Below are positions 42,271 through 52,961 of a stretch of DNA of 64,000 nt, piece by piece. Origin of the DNA: Actinomycetes bacterium (lineage in GTDB: Bacteria > Actinomycetota > JAHEXW01); NCBI GenBank assembly GCA_023251915.1, contig JAHEXW010000006.1, positions 1,489 through 65,488 on the forward strand, written 5' to 3'. The notes under the pieces were generated by a model, which did no database searches, was not told where the DNA came from, and was given only the letters and a program-made list of their open reading frames with translations. Position 1 is the stretch's first letter; each line of letters begins with the position of its first letter. The translations under genes and the position numbers were made by a program.

Positions 42271-45071
42271 TCACTTCCTTCGTTCGGCCACTGCCTAACC
42301 GTGGCCGCGCACCGGGGGCATAACGTAGGGTGATCAGTGTCGGCCCCTACCTTTTCATTATAGTTCCAACACCGTTCGCATTTCTCCCCGCTCGCCTTGC
42401 CGACCCGTATCGACAAATCCGACTGGTTGGCCGCGGGCGTCGCTTCCGCGGGCGGCACCGTATCATATACTTCAATCTGGCTAACTATGAGCAGCATCGG
42501 CAACATCATCTTGTTGTCTTCCAGTATGGTCAACATGTCTCCAGAGGCATAAAGCTCAACCTTAGCTTCAAGGGCGTTGCCAATCAGCTTCTCGTTTCGC
42601 GCAGCCTCCAGGACCTTTAGAACGTCGTCGCGCACGCCGATCAGTCGCTGCCATTTGTCCAGCATCGCGTCCGGCGCCAAAGATTCTTCGATAACCGTCT
42701 GCCACATGCCTGCCAGGTGTACGCTGTCGACCACTCGCCAAGATTCCGGCAACGTCTGCCAGACCTCCTCAGCCGTAAACGCCAGAATCGGCGCCATCGC
42801 CGTAACCAAAGTCATTAGAATCTCACGCAGAGCTGTCTGGGTGCTGCGGCGTTCTCGACTGGCCGGCAGATACGTGTACAAGCGGTCTTTCATCACGTCA
42901 AGATAGAAAGCGCTCATATCGACGGAGCAATAATTGTATAGTTCGCGATACACGTCATGGAACTGGTAAGAATCATAGGCCGCGGTGACGGCAGACATGA
43001 GGCTCGCCGTTCGCCGCACGGCCCACTGGTCGATCTCATCCATGTCGGCATATGGAATAGCGTCCTGCGACGGATCAAAATCAGCCAGGTTGCCAAGCAG
43101 GAAACGGATGGTATTTCGGATGCGCCGGTATGACTCCCCGACCTGGCTAATAATCTCGTCTGAGATGGCAACGGCCGGGCTGGAATAATCACCCGATGCG
43201 ACCCATAGGCGCAATACGTCGGCCCCGTTCTTGGCTATAAGGTCAAGCGGGCTGATAACATTACCCAAGGATTTTGACATCTTTCGGCCTTGGCCGTCTA
43301 CGGTAAAGCCATGCGTCAAGACGCTCTTGAAAGGGGCCGCGTCCCCAACGCCGACTGAAACCAGGAGAGACAGCTGAAACCAGCCGCGATGCTGGTCGCT
43401 GCCTTCCAAATATAGGTCGGCCGGCCAGCGCTGGTCAGCGCGCGTGCGCAGAACTGCCTCGTGGCTGGTGCCGGACTCAAACCAAACGTCCAATATGTCC
43501 ATGCCCTTGCGCAGCTCGGTCGCGCCGCAATGGCTGCAAACCGCGTCCCCGGGCGCGATCTCGTTGGCCGCTTTGACATACCACATGTCGGCGCCTTCGC
43601 TGCGAAACAGATCCTCGACGGCCTTAAGCGTGGCGTCGGTCACGATCGGCTCTCCGCAGGCTTCGCAATAGAATATTGGCAGAGGAACGCCCCAGGTTCT
43701 CTGGCGGGAAATACACCAGTCGGGCCGATCTTCGACCATAGCGGTGATCCGTTTCTCGCCTGCCGCCGGAATCCACGTCACGGTCTTGATTGCCGCCAAG
43801 GCTTTCTGGCGCATGCCGCCGGCCTCCATGCTGACAAACCATTGGCGCGTCGCCCGGAAGATAACTGGATTCTTGCAGCGCCAGCAGTGCGGATATGAGT
43901 GAATGACCTCGCCCGACGCGACCAGCAGGCCGCGCTCCTTAAGGTCGGCGACAATCAAAGGATTAGCTTTGGTAATGTGCTGGCCGGCCCATTTGCCTGC
44001 GTCCACAGTAAAGACACCGGCGTCATCGACCGGCATTATGATCGGCAGACTATTCTCCTGGCCGACCTGGTAATCTTCAACGCCGTGGCCCGGAGCGATA
44101 TGCACGCAACCGGTGCCGGTATCCAAAGTAACGTAGTCGGCGGTAACCACAACAGATTCTTTATCGAGAATCGGGTGTTTGACGCGCTGCCCTGCCAGCA
44201 GGCTGCCCGCGAAGGTGGTGATCACTTTCGTGCCCGCTAATCCGGCGGCGGCGGCCACGTCCGCAGCCAAAGAAGAGGCCACTATCAGGATTTCGGAGGC
44301 GCTTTCGACGGCGGCGTATTCCTCCGTCGGGTGCACCGCGACGGCGACGTTGGCCGGCAGTGTCCAGGGCGTGGTTGTCCAGATGACAATGTTCACGGGT
44401 TTCTTTACCCCAGCCAACGGCGCGAAATCTGAAACTAGGGGAAAACGGACATAGATCGACGGCGACGGTTCGTCGGCATACTCGATCTCGGCCTCGGCTA
44501 AGGCTGTCTTGTCGTGATAGCACCAGTAAACAGGCTTGAGCCCTTCATAGATCAGGCCTTTCTGGTACATATCGGCGAATACTCTGACTATCGTCGCCTC
44601 ATATTCGTGATTTAGTGTTAGGTAGGGGTCGGTAAAGTTGCCCCGGATGCCCAGGCGCTTGAACTCATCGGCCTGGCGTTTAACGAACCGCAGGGCGTAG
44701 TCGCGGCATAACGCGCGAAATTCGGCCGCCGGTATTTCCTTGCCGTCCAGCTGCTTCTCGACCTGGTGGTCGATCGGTTGCCCGTGACAATCCCAGCCAG
44801 GCACGTAGGGCGCCCAGAAACCGCGCATCGACTTGTAGCGTACGGTGATATCTTTGAGGACCTTGTTGAGCGTATGGCCCATGTGAATATCGCCATTGGC
44901 ATAGGGCGGTCCGTCATGCAAAATAAACGACGGCCGCGAATCGTCCGCGATGCTGCGGCCATAATTGTCGGTTGCTTCCCACGTTTCTAAAACCGCCGGC
45001 TCCCGATTGGCCAGGTTGGCCTTCATCGGAAATGCTGTTACCGGCAGATTGAGGGTCTTCTTATATTCCAT
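42267..45071 (-). CDS. ileS: Isoleucine--tRNA ligase
   Basis: 934 aa. HMGH and KMSKS class I motifs. C-terminal zinc-binding Cys cluster. Confidence 0.95.
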   Translation of the reverse strand: MEYKKTLNLPVTAFPMKANLANREPAVLETWEATDNYGRSIADDSRPSFILHDGPPYANGDIHMGHTLNKVLKDITVRYKSMRGFWAPYVPGWDCHGQPIDHQVEKQLDGKEIPAAEFRALCRDYALRFVKRQADEFKRLGIRGNFTDPYLTLNHEYEATIVRVFADMYQKGLIYEGLKPVYWCYHDKTALAEAEIEYADEPSPSIYVRFPLVSDFAPLAGVKKPVNIVIWTTTPWTLPANVAVAVHPTEEYAAVESASEILIVASSLAADVAAAAGLAGTKVITTFAGSLLAGQRVKHPILDKESVVVTADYVTLDTGTGCVHIAPGHGVEDYQVGQENSLPIIMPVDDAGVFTVDAGKWAGQHITKANPLIVADLKERGLLVASGEVIHSYPHCWRCKNPVIFRATRQWFVSMEAGGMRQKALAAIKTVTWIPAAGEKRITAMVEDRPDWCISRQRTWGVPLPIFYCEACGEPIVTDATLKAVEDLFRSEGADMWYVKAANEIAPGDAVCSHCGATELRKGMDILDVWFESGTSHEAVLRTRADQRWPADLYLEGSDQHRGWFQLSLLVSVGVGDAAPFKSVLTHGFTVDGQGRKMSKSLGNVISPLDLIAKNGADVLRLWVASGDYSSPAVAISDEIISQVGESYRRIRNTIRFLLGNLADFDPSQDAIPYADMDEIDQWAVRRTASLMSAVTAAYDSYQFHDVYRELYNYCSVDMSAFYLDVMKDRLYTYLPASRERRSTQTALREILMTLVTAMAPILAFTAEEVWQTLPESWRVVDSVHLAGMWQTVIEESLAPDAMLDKWQRLIGVRDDVLKVLEAARNEKLIGNALEAKVELYASGDMLTILEDNKMMLPMLLIVSQIEVYDTVPPAEATPAANQSDLSIRVGKASGEKCERCWNYNEKVGADTDHPTLCPRCAATVRQWPNEGSE

Positions 45072-45077
45072 TAGTGC

Positions 45078-46382
45078 CTATATGTCTTTCCAGAAACTCT
45101 CGTCTTCGACTATCTCGATGTCGTCTAAGTTGGACTTGCCCTTGGCTTCTTTGGTTTCCGTTTTAGCGTCAGCGCGAGGAGCCTGGTCTTTGGGCGATGA
45201 AGTAATCTCACCCGCGGCAACCTCATCAGCTAAGGCTTTAGCATCCTTAGCATCAGCCTTGGCTGCCGCCTTCGGGGCTTCCGCTTTGGCCGCTGCCGGC
45301 TTCTCCGCTTCCTTAACAGCCTCCGCCACGGCTTCCTGCAGTTTCGCCCACTCGGGCGTGACCGCGCTGGCTTTCGCGTTTTCCGGATCAAACGGAGGCT
45401 TCTCGGCCTCGGCTTTCGCTTCTTTGTCGGCCTTTGCCTTTGCGGTAGTCGCCTTTTCCTCCGCTTCGGCTTCGGCGGCTTGCTGCGCGATCTCTTCCAT
45501 CAAGGCCGCGGCTTTCGCCTTCGCTTCCTCGGCCTTCTTATCTAACGCTGCCTTTTCCTCAGCCGCTTTTGCGTCAGCGCCCTTCGCCGCTTTCGCGTCG
45601 GTCTTGGCCGGCATATCTTCCGCCTTTGCCGCTGTATCGTCATTGTGAGGAGCCTGGTCTTTAGGCGAAGAAGCAACCTCGCCCGCGGTAACCTCGGCAG
45701 CGATTTCTTTCTTAGCGACCGGCTTGTCAGCCGCAGCCATCGCAGCCGTGTCGTCGGCTGATGGCACAGCCGGCATTTCAGCGGTCGTACCCGGTATGCC
45801 CGTAGCCGCCGCCATTACCCGCGGTTCGGTCTGACGTGCAGCCGGCGCCGCTTCTGCTTCCATTTCGCGGCGACGTTCATCCAGTACGGTCATGTCCTCC
45901 GGCAATATCCATTTCTGAATCTCTTTCTTGTCGCCCAGGGCGACCTCGTCTAATAGCTTCAGGTAGGATTGCAGAGTTGATTTCAGCTTGAAGCGGAATT
46001 CCTCTTCGATCTGCTTGACGATCGCCAAAGATTTTTGCAACTCGCGATGCTGATCCCGGGAGGCTTGGACCAATTTGTGGGCTTTGATCTCAGCTTCGCG
46101 CAGAATATTCTCGGCTTCCTTGGTCGCGTTCTTGCGCACGTCGTCGGCAGTCTCCTGCGCGGCCACCAAGGCTGCTTGCATACGTTCGCCAATCAGCTCG
46201 TATTTCTTGTTTTCCTCCATCAACCGATCGACTTCTTCTTTGACGTCGATGTTTTCTTTGAACACTTCCTCGTAAGACGCGGTTACCCGATCGAGAAACT
46301 CATCTACGTCTTGTTCTTTGTAACCCCGAAAACCGGAGCTGAATTCCTTTTCTTGAATATCGCGCGGCGTAAGCCTAGCCAT
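45078..46382 (-). CDS. divIVA: DivIVA-domain cell division protein with long Ala/Lys/Glu-rich C-terminal region
   Basis: N-terminal LTPRDIQEKEFSSGFRGYKEQDVDEFLD DivIVA motif. Coiled coil. Internally duplicated low-complexity tail. Confidence 0.85.
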   Translation of the reverse strand: MARLTPRDIQEKEFSSGFRGYKEQDVDEFLDRVTASYEEVFKENIDVKEEVDRLMEENKKYELIGERMQAALVAAQETADDVRKNATKEAENILREAEIKAHKLVQASRDQHRELQKSLAIVKQIEEEFRFKLKSTLQSYLKLLDEVALGDKKEIQKWILPEDMTVLDERRREMEAEAAPAARQTEPRVMAAATGIPGTTAEMPAVPSADDTAAMAAADKPVAKKEIAAEVTAGEVASSPKDQAPHNDDTAAKAEDMPAKTDAKAAKGADAKAAEEKAALDKKAEEAKAKAAALMEEIAQQAAEAEAEEKATTAKAKADKEAKAEAEKPPFDPENAKASAVTPEWAKLQEAVAEAVKEAEKPAAAKAEAPKAAAKADAKDAKALADEVAAGEITSSPKDQAPRADAKTETKEAKGKSNLDDIEIVEDESFWKDI

Positions 46383-46425
46383 CTTGTTTCCTCCTTAAAG
46401 ACACAAACAAAAGTGTGAATGGGGC

Positions 46426-46713
46426 TTAGAGAATCATCAGAAGCAATCTGACGACGAAGTAGCGTAAAACCTCTAGAGTAATTATAGCTATCAAGGGTGA
46501 AAAATCAATCCCGGCGCCACCGACCGCGACCGCCGGTATCATGCGTCTGAACAGCGCCAAAAACGGTTCAGTGATGTCGATTACGAACGTCGCGACGGGG
46601 CGGAACGGTCCGGCGTTACCCAGCTGCGGTACCCAGGAAAGCAGTATCCGGATTATTAGCAGCCAGTAATAAACGTAGAACGCCGCGTCAACGACCTGCA
46701 CAAATAATGTCAT
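46426..46713 (-). CDS. yggT: YggT-family membrane protein
   Basis: 95-aa two-TM protein with YggT pattern (LIIRILLSW, FDFSPLIA). Conserved position beside sepF/divIVA. Confidence 0.75.
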   Translation of the reverse strand: MTLFVQVVDAAFYVYYWLLIIRILLSWVPQLGNAGPFRPVATFVIDITEPFLALFRRMIPAVAVGGAGIDFSPLIAIITLEVLRYFVVRLLLMIL

Positions 46714-47549
46714 GCTAGGCCTTCGCCCTCTTTGACCTCTCGTTCGATGGCCGAGGCGCGATCGGAGGCGGCCCTAACTCCCCGAGCAATTATGTCTTCC
46801 AAGCCGTCCGCTGCAAACGAGTCCAAGGCTGCCGCGGTGGTTCCGTTCGGCGAACGCACAGCCTCGATCAATTCCGCCGGCGTTTTCTTCGCGTACTTCA
46901 GCATGCGCGATGCGCCAAACATCGTCTCGTGCGCCAATCCGTACGCCGTATCATAGTCCAAGCCCAGCTCGACGCCCGCGTCGGTTAGGGCCTTGATGAC
47001 AAGATAGAAATATGCGGGGCCGCTGCCGTTCAAAGCGGTAGCCGCGTTCTGAAGAGATTCATCGATGACAACCGCCAAGCCGACTGCCGAGAAAATGGCC
47101 GTGGCCGCAGCGACGTCGTTCTCTGTGGCGTGTGCTCCCCGGCTGACAGCAGCCATGCCGGCTCCTTTTTCCGCTGGAGAGTTGGGCATCACGCGAATGA
47201 CCCTGGCGCCAGTCTTGAGTTTGGCTTCGATAACAGCCGCTGGTATACCCGCCGCGATTGAGATAACCGGTTTTGCCGTGCCGACCGCTTCAGCGATGCC
47301 GGCGGCGACGGCAGGGATAAGGGCGGGCTTGACGGCCAGTATCACCACGTCGGCGTCGCGCGCCGCGGCCGTGTTATCCGCCGTTGTCATAACCTTGTGT
47401 TGAGCGGCTACCTGCTCAAGCCTTACGGAATCTGGATCGGCGACGGTCAGATTTTGCGGCTCCGCTCCTGACCTGATCAAACCGCGGACAAGAGCCTCCC
47501 CCATCCGTCCGGACCCGATAACGGCGATTCTCATGTCCTGTATGGTCAT
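46710..47549 (-). CDS. proC: Pyrroline-5-carboxylate reductase
   Basis: MRIAVIGSGRMGEAL Rossmann start. ProC C-terminal dimerisation domain motifs. Confidence 0.9.
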   Translation of the reverse strand: MTIQDMRIAVIGSGRMGEALVRGLIRSGAEPQNLTVADPDSVRLEQVAAQHKVMTTADNTAAARDADVVILAVKPALIPAVAAGIAEAVGTAKPVISIAAGIPAAVIEAKLKTGARVIRVMPNSPAEKGAGMAAVSRGAHATENDVAAATAIFSAVGLAVVIDESLQNAATALNGSGPAYFYLVIKALTDAGVELGLDYDTAYGLAHETMFGASRMLKYAKKTPAELIEAVRSPNGTTAAALDSFAADGLEDIIARGVRAASDRASAIEREVKEGEGLA

Positions 47550-47551
47550 GA

Positions 47552-48052
47552 TTAGAATTGGTTGAAGAGACCTTGCTCTTGCATTCTGAGCTTATCTTCC
47601 GCAGAGACTTCCATTTGCGCGGGCACCAACAGGAAGACCTTGTCGGCCGCGCGTTGAATGCTGCCGCCTAGGCCGTACGTCAGGCCGCTGGCGAAATCTA
47701 TCAGGCGTTTGGCCAAATCGGTGTCAACGTACTGCAGATTCATGAGGACAGGGATGTTCTGGCGATACTTCTCGCCGATTTGCTCGGCGTCGCCGAATCC
47801 CTTAGGGTCGATAATATGCATCGCGTTCTTTAGACCGCCGCCCCCCACGGGCCGAACAGGGCCTCCGGCGGGGGCATTTACCGGAGCGACGATATCGCGT
47901 CTGACCTCTCGCGGATGAAGTTTGCGGACGTTCGGTTCCGTCTTATACGGGGTCTGCGCGGGAGCTTCGTCCGCGGGTTGTTCCTCGTAGTCGTCGAATT
48001 CCTCGTCGTCCACCAGTCCGAGATAGACCATGGTCTTGCGCCAAAAACTCAT
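47552..48052 (-). CDS. sepF: Cell division protein SepF
   Basis: MSFWRKTMVYLGLVDDEE... N-terminus and conserved SepF C-terminal domain. Confidence 0.85.
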   Translation of the reverse strand: MSFWRKTMVYLGLVDDEEFDDYEEQPADEAPAQTPYKTEPNVRKLHPREVRRDIVAPVNAPAGGPVRPVGGGGLKNAMHIIDPKGFGDAEQIGEKYRQNIPVLMNLQYVDTDLAKRLIDFASGLTYGLGGSIQRAADKVFLLVPAQMEVSAEDKLRMQEQGLFNQF

Positions 48053-48117
48053 CTTGTGCGTCGCCTCCAGTTTCGTATGAAAACTTACTCCAACCTCAAA
48101 TAGTATAGCAGTATCAG

Positions 48118-48825
48118 TTACGCAAGTGGCCTGGGGCCCATAATGGCCCGGCCAACCCGGACTATGGTCGCGCCCTCTTCAACGGCCACCTCAAAATCGT
48201 CCGTCATGCCCATTGAGAGCTCGTCACAATCCGGCAGGACGCCGGACTTAAGTTTGTCACGCCAGTCGCGCAACGCCGCAAATACCGGCCGGGCGTCGGC
48301 GGGATCGTCGACCAAAGGAGCCATTGTCATTAAGCCTTTGACCGCAATATTCGGTAATTCCGCCGCGGCCTGGGCCAGCGCGGGGACGTCCGAAAGCTTG
48401 GCGCCCGCTTTGGCTGACTCTCCGGCGATGTTGAGCTCCAAAAGTACCGCTTGAACCCGGTCCACGGCCCGTGCCCGACGGTCGATGGCGCGCGCCAGCT
48501 CGATGCTGTCGACGGAGTGGATCAAATCGACCCAGCCGTTGACGAGTTTTACTTTGTTGGTCTGGAGATGGCCGATGAAATGCCAGGCGACATGCCGGCC
48601 GTTTACTATGTTGCCGAGGGCGGCGTATTTGTCCGCTGCCTCGCGGGCTCTATTCTCGCCCAACGCGGTGGCTCCGGCCGCGACTGCCGCCACTACCCTA
48701 TCAACGGGGAAATTCTTGGTCACGGTCACCAGAGTGACGTCGGCGGCACTGCGTCCGGCCCGTTCGGCTGCGGCAACGATACGCCTTTGCACCGCGGCTA
48801 GATTTTCGGCAATCGAATTATTCAT
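48118..48825 (-). CDS. yggS: YggS-family pyridoxal phosphate homeostasis protein
   Basis: TIM-barrel alanine-racemase-N-like fold. PLP-lysine motif VTKNFP... Confidence 0.85.
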   Translation of the reverse strand: MNNSIAENLAAVQRRIVAAAERAGRSAADVTLVTVTKNFPVDRVVAAVAAGATALGENRAREAADKYAALGNIVNGRHVAWHFIGHLQTNKVKLVNGWVDLIHSVDSIELARAIDRRARAVDRVQAVLLELNIAGESAKAGAKLSDVPALAQAAAELPNIAVKGLMTMAPLVDDPADARPVFAALRDWRDKLKSGVLPDCDELSMGMTDDFEVAVEEGATIVRVGRAIMGPRPLA

Positions 48826-48840
48826 AGAATCGAATCGCTA

Positions 48841-48884
48841 TACGTCATTGCGAGGAGGAGCGATAGCGACAACGAAGCAACCTC
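48841..48884. repeat. Intergenic repeat family copy B (TACGTCATTGCGAGG...GCAACCTC)
   Basis: tacgtcattgcgaggaggagcgatagcgacaacgaagcaacctc. Shares both ends with copies A and C but has a different core. Confidence 0.5.
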
Positions 48885-48887
48885 CCG

Positions 48888-49544
48888 TCAAGCCAGCTCT
48901 TCCATCTCTCCTGTGATCATGAAGATTACCTGTTCGGCGACGTCAACGGCGTGGTCGGCCATGCGTTCGATGTTCCGGCTGGCCAGAATGATCGACGTCG
49001 ACCAATTGGCTTCGCACGCTTCGTCACCCAGACAGACTCCCAGCTCGCGAATCAAGCGTTTAAAACTTTCGTCAATAGCGGCGTCCATGTCCGGCAACGC
49101 GTGCGCCAGCTCCAGATCTTTTTCCCTAAACACCTTCATGCTGGCAGCGACGACTTCCTTCGTCTTTTCGCTCATCACCGTGATGATGTCTTGTATCGAT
49201 TGCGCTTCGTCGCCGGGCTTCAAACGTTTGGAGATCTTGGCGACGTTAAAGGCGTAATCCCCCATCCTTTCCAGATGGATGACTATTTTTAGGATCGAGC
49301 TGATCAAACGGAGGTCTTTGGCTACCGGTTGCTGGCGCGCCAGCATGTGCAGACTGCGCTCCTCGATGTTCATGTTCATCTCGTCGATGACGTCGTCTTC
49401 GGCTATGACCTGCTCCGCCAGCTCTTTGTCCATGCTTAGCAAAGCGTCCAGACTCTTATCGACGGCAATCTCAACCAACTCGCCCATCTGGACGACTTCT
49501 TGACGTAAATCCTCTAATTCCTCTTGAAATGTCTTACGCGGCAA
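48888..49544 (-). CDS. phoU: Phosphate signalling complex protein PhoU
   Basis: Two PhoU repeats with conserved E/D..D metal-binding motifs. Confidence 0.9.
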   Translation of the reverse strand: MPRKTFQEELEDLRQEVVQMGELVEIAVDKSLDALLSMDKELAEQVIAEDDVIDEMNMNIEERSLHMLARQQPVAKDLRLISSILKIVIHLERMGDYAFNVAKISKRLKPGDEAQSIQDIITVMSEKTKEVVAASMKVFREKDLELAHALPDMDAAIDESFKRLIRELGVCLGDEACEANWSTSIILASRNIERMADHAVDVAEQVIFMITGEMEELA

Positions 49545-49561
49545 AGGGTCCTCCTGATAGT

Positions 49562-50380
49562 CTAGCCAAAGCGGCCGGTGATATAGTTCTCCGTCCGTTT
49601 GTCGGTGGGGTTGGTAAACACAATGTCTGTCATATCGTATTCTATCAATTTGGCCGGCAGATTAGTATCCTCGGCCAGGAAAAAGGCGGTGTAGTCGGAC
49701 ACCCGGGCCGCCTGTTGCATATTGTGAGTCACGATAACGATCGTGAAGTTATCCTTCAGCTTGTCCATTAGATCCTCGATCTTCTGGGTCGAGGTCGGGT
49801 CGATGGCCGAACATGGCTCGTCCATCAACAGAACCTCCGGATTAACCGCCAACACACGGGCGATGCATAGACGCTGCTGCTGACCGCCGGAAAGATCGGT
49901 TCCCGGCTGTCCCAACTTGTCCTTGACCTCTTTCCAGAGATTTGCCTTGGTCAGACTGTCCTCAACGATAGTGTCCAGTTCGGCCTTGTTGCGCAAACCG
50001 TGGATGCGCGGCCCGTAGGCGATGTTTTCGTAGATCGATAACGGAAACGGGTTAGCCTGCTGAAATATCATGCCGACGCGGCGGCGCAAGTCGACAACGT
50101 CGACGTCTTCCGCGTAGATGTCTTTCCCGTCCAGCAATACGGTGCCTTCGACCCGCGTGCCGTCTATCAGATCGTTCATCCTGTTGAGCGACCGCAAAAA
50201 GGTCGACTTGCCGCAACCGGACGGGCCGATGAACGCTGTGATCGCGTTGCGTTTGATGCCAACGGTCACGCCTTCCAAGGCCTTGAAGTCGCCATAATAA
50301 AAGTCCAAATCACGGACATCGATCTTGTCACCGCTCAACATGTTTTCTTGAATCGCGTCCGCGGGTACTGGCTCCGCCAA
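49562..50380 (-). CDS. pstB: Phosphate ABC transporter ATP-binding protein PstB
   Basis: Walker [10 protein letters not shown], signature LSGGQQQR, Walker B LLMDEP. Confidence 0.95.
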   Translation of the reverse strand: MAEPVPADAIQENMLSGDKIDVRDLDFYYGDFKALEGVTVGIKRNAITAFIGPSGCGKSTFLRSLNRMNDLIDGTRVEGTVLLDGKDIYAEDVDVVDLRRRVGMIFQQANPFPLSIYENIAYGPRIHGLRNKAELDTIVEDSLTKANLWKEVKDKLGQPGTDLSGGQQQRLCIARVLAVNPEVLLMDEPCSAIDPTSTQKIEDLMDKLKDNFTIVIVTHNMQQAARVSDYTAFFLAEDTNLPAKLIEYDMTDIVFTNPTDKRTENYITGRFG

Positions 50381-50389
50381 AACTTCCTC

Positions 50390-51211
50390 CTAACGTTGGG
50401 TCTTGTTGAATATCTTACGGGCGCTAAGGTTGAAAAGCAAAATGATGGCCATCAACAATAGGGCTGTTCCATATGCTGTTTTCATAGAGATGCCTTCGGT
50501 CGCCAGCAAATATAGATGAGTAGTCATGGCACGCCCAGGCTCGTTCGGAAAGAACGGCAGGTTTATGGCCATGCCGACAGTGAACATCAAGACGGCTGTT
50601 TCGCCGAAGACCCGGCCCACAGCGAGCACGACGCACGTCAAGATGCGCGGCAAGGCAGCCGGTAGAATAACACGCCGGATGGTTTGCCATTTGGTCGCGC
50701 CCAAACCCATGCTTCCCTGGCGCCAGGCGTTCGGAACCGCCTTGAGGGCGTCTTCCGTCGTCCGCATCAGGATGGGCAGGGCCATCAGTGTCAGGGTCAA
50801 CGCGCCGGACAACATGGACCAGCCGAAACCAAGGATATACACGAACAACGCCAAGCCGAACAGACCGAGAACGATCGACGGCACACCGCTTAAGGTGTCG
50901 GCGCCAAATCGGATTATTGTCACCAGCCGACCTTGTTTGACGTATTCGGAAAGATAAACGGCCGCGCCCACGGCAATAGGTGTGGTGAATATCACGGTCA
51001 ATATGGTTACGTATAGACTGGCAACGATTGTCGGGAATATGCCGCCGGACTGTTCTATGCCGTGCGGCGACGTAAAAATAAAGCCCAGGCTCATGGCCGG
51101 CAGACCCTTGACGACAACATAGCCGATGATCATGGCCAGAATGGCAATCGTCAAAAAACCGTTCGCCCATAATATGCCCATCGCGATCTTGTCCATTATC
51201 CGGCTGCGCAT
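50390..51211 (-). CDS. pstA: Phosphate ABC transporter permease PstA
   Basis: ABC permease EAA-like motif region. Adjacent to pstB and pstC. Confidence 0.9.
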   Translation of the reverse strand: MRSRIMDKIAMGILWANGFLTIAILAMIIGYVVVKGLPAMSLGFIFTSPHGIEQSGGIFPTIVASLYVTILTVIFTTPIAVGAAVYLSEYVKQGRLVTIIRFGADTLSGVPSIVLGLFGLALFVYILGFGWSMLSGALTLTLMALPILMRTTEDALKAVPNAWRQGSMGLGATKWQTIRRVILPAALPRILTCVVLAVGRVFGETAVLMFTVGMAINLPFFPNEPGRAMTTHLYLLATEGISMKTAYGTALLLMAIILLFNLSARKIFNKTQR

Positions 51212-51212
51212 A

Positions 51213-52067
51213 TCAGCTCCTCTTCCGCGAAATGAGCCTGATCAAGGCGACAAAAAAGAACGAGATCATGAAAAGCACAATGCCCATGCCAAACAAGGCG
51301 GTTTGATGATCGCCCGAGGCGTAAGACATATTGAGAGCTATTATGCTGGTCAAGGCGCCGACTGGTCCGACAAGACTCTTCGGGATGATCGGCGCGTTGC
51401 CTAATACCATCAATACGGCCATGGTCTCCCCGATGGCTCGACCCATACCTAAGATTGTTGCGCCGATCAAACCGTTTTTCGCGGCCGGCAGAACGACGCG
51501 CCAGATCGTCTGCCAACGGGTAGCGCCCATACCGAAACTGGCCTCGCGGAAACTCTTCGGCACGGCTCGGATGGCGTCCTCCGATATCGTGGCAATGGTC
51601 GGCAGGATCATGATGGCTAGGATTATCCAGCCGGTCAACAAACCTAAACCGGAACCGCCGAATAGCGTCCGGACAACCGGCACGATTATCAAGATTCCGA
51701 AGAATCCATAGACCACCGATGGGATACCGGCAAGCAGTTCGACAGCTGGCCGCACCAACTTCTGAACACGTTTCGGCGCTATTTCACTGAGGAAGATTGC
51801 GGTCATTATGGCCATCGGCGCGCCCAGCGCCAAGGCGCCGGCGGTAACGAGGAAGCTGCCGATTATAAACGTCAGAATGCCGAATTTGTTATCACTCGGC
51901 GACCAGTCCAAACTAAAGAGGAACTTAAGAACCCCGACTTTCTCGAAAATCGGGAAACCCTTTATGGTAACGAAAATGAAGACTAGCAAAACTCCGACTA
52001 TCGCCGTCAAGGCACAAATTAAGAAGAGCGATTCGAGCGCCCGTTCGCGCCATTTTAAGAAGTTCAT
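51213..52067 (-). CDS. pstC: Phosphate ABC transporter permease PstC
   Basis: PstC-type 6-TM permease. Confidence 0.9.
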   Translation of the reverse strand: MNFLKWRERALESLFLICALTAIVGVLLVFIFVTIKGFPIFEKVGVLKFLFSLDWSPSDNKFGILTFIIGSFLVTAGALALGAPMAIMTAIFLSEIAPKRVQKLVRPAVELLAGIPSVVYGFFGILIIVPVVRTLFGGSGLGLLTGWIILAIMILPTIATISEDAIRAVPKSFREASFGMGATRWQTIWRVVLPAAKNGLIGATILGMGRAIGETMAVLMVLGNAPIIPKSLVGPVGALTSIIALNMSYASGDHQTALFGMGIVLFMISFFFVALIRLISRKRS

Positions 52068-52858
52068 TTAGCCACCCGCACGAATTCGTGGCTGACAATC
52101 CCCGTTTGTATCTTGTCGCTCAGCACAAACTCGGTAAACGCTTTGGCCTCGCCCTTTGGCTTTCCTTTTGTTAGAAAGTGCAGCTTACGCTGCAGCTGAT
52201 ATTTGCCGTTAATAATGTTGGCTTTGCTGGGGGTTACGCCCGCGTATTTAATCATTTTGACGTCCTTGGTGACGTAACCAAGCGAGATGTAACCGATTGC
52301 GGCCGGCGTGCTGCCAACGATGGACCGAACTTGTCCGGTGCCTGGCTGAATCACCGCGTCTTTGGTGAACGGGGTTTTGTCCAGCGCTTTCTTAAGAAAG
52401 GCTTCACGGGTTCCCGAAGCCTCGTCCCGGTTAATAAGCACTATTTCCAGGTCGCGGCCACCCACCTGCCTCCAGTTGGTTACCCGGCCCGTAAATATAT
52501 CTTTGACCTGAGTTTTGGTCAGATGGTCGACGGGATTGTCCGGATTAACAATGATAGCGATGGCGTCGATGGCGACAACCGTATCCACCAAGCCCAGTTT
52601 GGCTTCCTCGGGCGTTAGGTCGCGTGACGATGTGCCGATATCGGAGGCTCCGGTAACGGCCGCCTCTATGCCGGCGCTAGAGCCGCCGCCCTGGACTCCT
52701 ACCTTAATGCCTTGATGTTCCGCTTGAAACTCCTCGCCCGCGGCCGTAACCATCGGCAGTACGGTCGTTGATCCAGAAATGTTGAGGACTTTCGCGTTCG
52801 CGGCGCGCGTACATCCGGTGGCAGCTAATGAAGGGATGACTAGGATAAGCAGGCCCAA
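52064..52858 (-). CDS. pstS: Phosphate-binding lipoprotein PstS (TTG start)
   Basis: Lipobox AATGC, followed by a PBP-like phosphate-binding domain (SGSTTV, GGGSSAG motifs). Start codon is TTG per ORF track. The signal peptide is short and N-terminus uncertain. Confidence 0.85.
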   Translation of the reverse strand: MGLLILVIPSLAATGCTRAANAKVLNISGSTTVLPMVTAAGEEFQAEHQGIKVGVQGGGSSAGIEAAVTGASDIGTSSRDLTPEEAKLGLVDTVVAIDAIAIIVNPDNPVDHLTKTQVKDIFTGRVTNWRQVGGRDLEIVLINRDEASGTREAFLKKALDKTPFTKDAVIQPGTGQVRSIVGSTPAAIGYISLGYVTKDVKMIKYAGVTPSKANIINGKYQLQRKLHFLTKGKPKGEAKAFTEFVLSDKIQTGIVSHEFVRVAK

Positions 52859-52961
52859 GACGGCCGCGTAGCCGCCCCGGCGGGATTTGATTGTTGTCTT
52901 ACCAGCCTTAGGTGTTATCTTCTCTCCCGGTAATCGAGGCCCAAAATGAAGCGGCCGCGAT

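Noticed and set aside
44965-45648. 227-aa Ala/Ser-rich plus-strand ORF
   Set aside because: It is the antisense of the Ala/Lys/Glu-rich DivIVA tail and of the ileS 5' end. Repeats in the DivIVA tail produce a long stop-free antisense frame.
50424-51170. 248-aa alternative-frame minus ORF inside pstA
   Set aside because: Same strand, different frame from a clear PstA permease. Arg/His-rich nonsense composition.
52859-52961. Pho-box upstream of pstS
   Set aside because: I could not identify a convincing pair of direct-repeat PhoB/PhoP-type boxes by eye. Left unannotated.
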